Assembly: GCF_006345805.1 (NCBI RefSeq)
Contig: NC_043026.1
Span: forward strand, 8,060,001-8,124,000
Source of the DNA: Octopus sinensis
Lineage: Eukaryota
Direction of reading: 5' to 3'
DNA length: 64,000 bases
The translations under genes were made by a program, and so were the position numbers. Below the pieces are notes generated by a model that ran no database searches, had not been told where the DNA came from, and saw nothing but the letters and a program-made list of their open reading frames with translations. Shown in pieces: positions 63,701 to 64,000 of this stretch (positions are counted from its first letter, which is position 1; each line of letters starts with the position of its first letter).

Positions 63701-64000
63701 TATATCGAAAGAATACCACTGGTACTAATTTTATTGACCTCGAAAGGGCGAAAAGCAAAGTCAACCTCAACGGAATTTGAACTCAGAACGTGAAGACGTA
63801 TGAATTACTGCTCGGCATTTCGCCCAAATGCGAGGCCTCTGACGTGCGTTTCCACGAATCACATTAAAAAAATATTTATAAATCTCATTGTTATTATTAC
63901 TACATTTATATCGGTACAGCTCGGTGCAACCCAAAAAGAAATCCGGTTCACTAAGCTTCATGGGACTCAATAGAATAGCAGTTTTTATTTGCATATTCAA

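Overview
Eukaryotic, very AT-rich and microsatellite-rich DNA. The repeat families look octopus/coleoid-like (inference, no search run). One protein-coding gene is supported: a PPIP5K/VIP1 inositol-pyrophosphate kinase-phosphatase on the minus strand. Ten coding exons (53465 to 1271) were joined by hand with GT-AG sites and matching phases. They give about 476 codons: the whole ATP-grasp kinase domain and the start of the RHGDRTP phosphatase domain. The gene runs off the left edge and contains a 41,752-nt intron (6293-48044). The rest is transposon debris: tRNA-derived SINEs, RTE, CR1-group and Dong/R4 LINE fragments, non-autonomous Helitrons, hAT-, MULE- and Merlin-like MITEs, a mariner relic and satellites. 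The most notable signal is absent from the ORF track: about 20 complete, variant or half type-I hammerhead ribozyme motifs from several sequence families. Most sit in short Penelope/retrozyme-like elements embedded in (TA)n tracts and folded as long inverted repeats, often pivoting at the ribozyme cleavage site. Related copies show compensatory base changes. Every hammerhead on the host pre-mRNA strand is either masked by a previously transcribed antisense arm or carries a core defect, while unmasked intact copies are antisense. Ribozyme activity is predicted from motifs only and was not tested.
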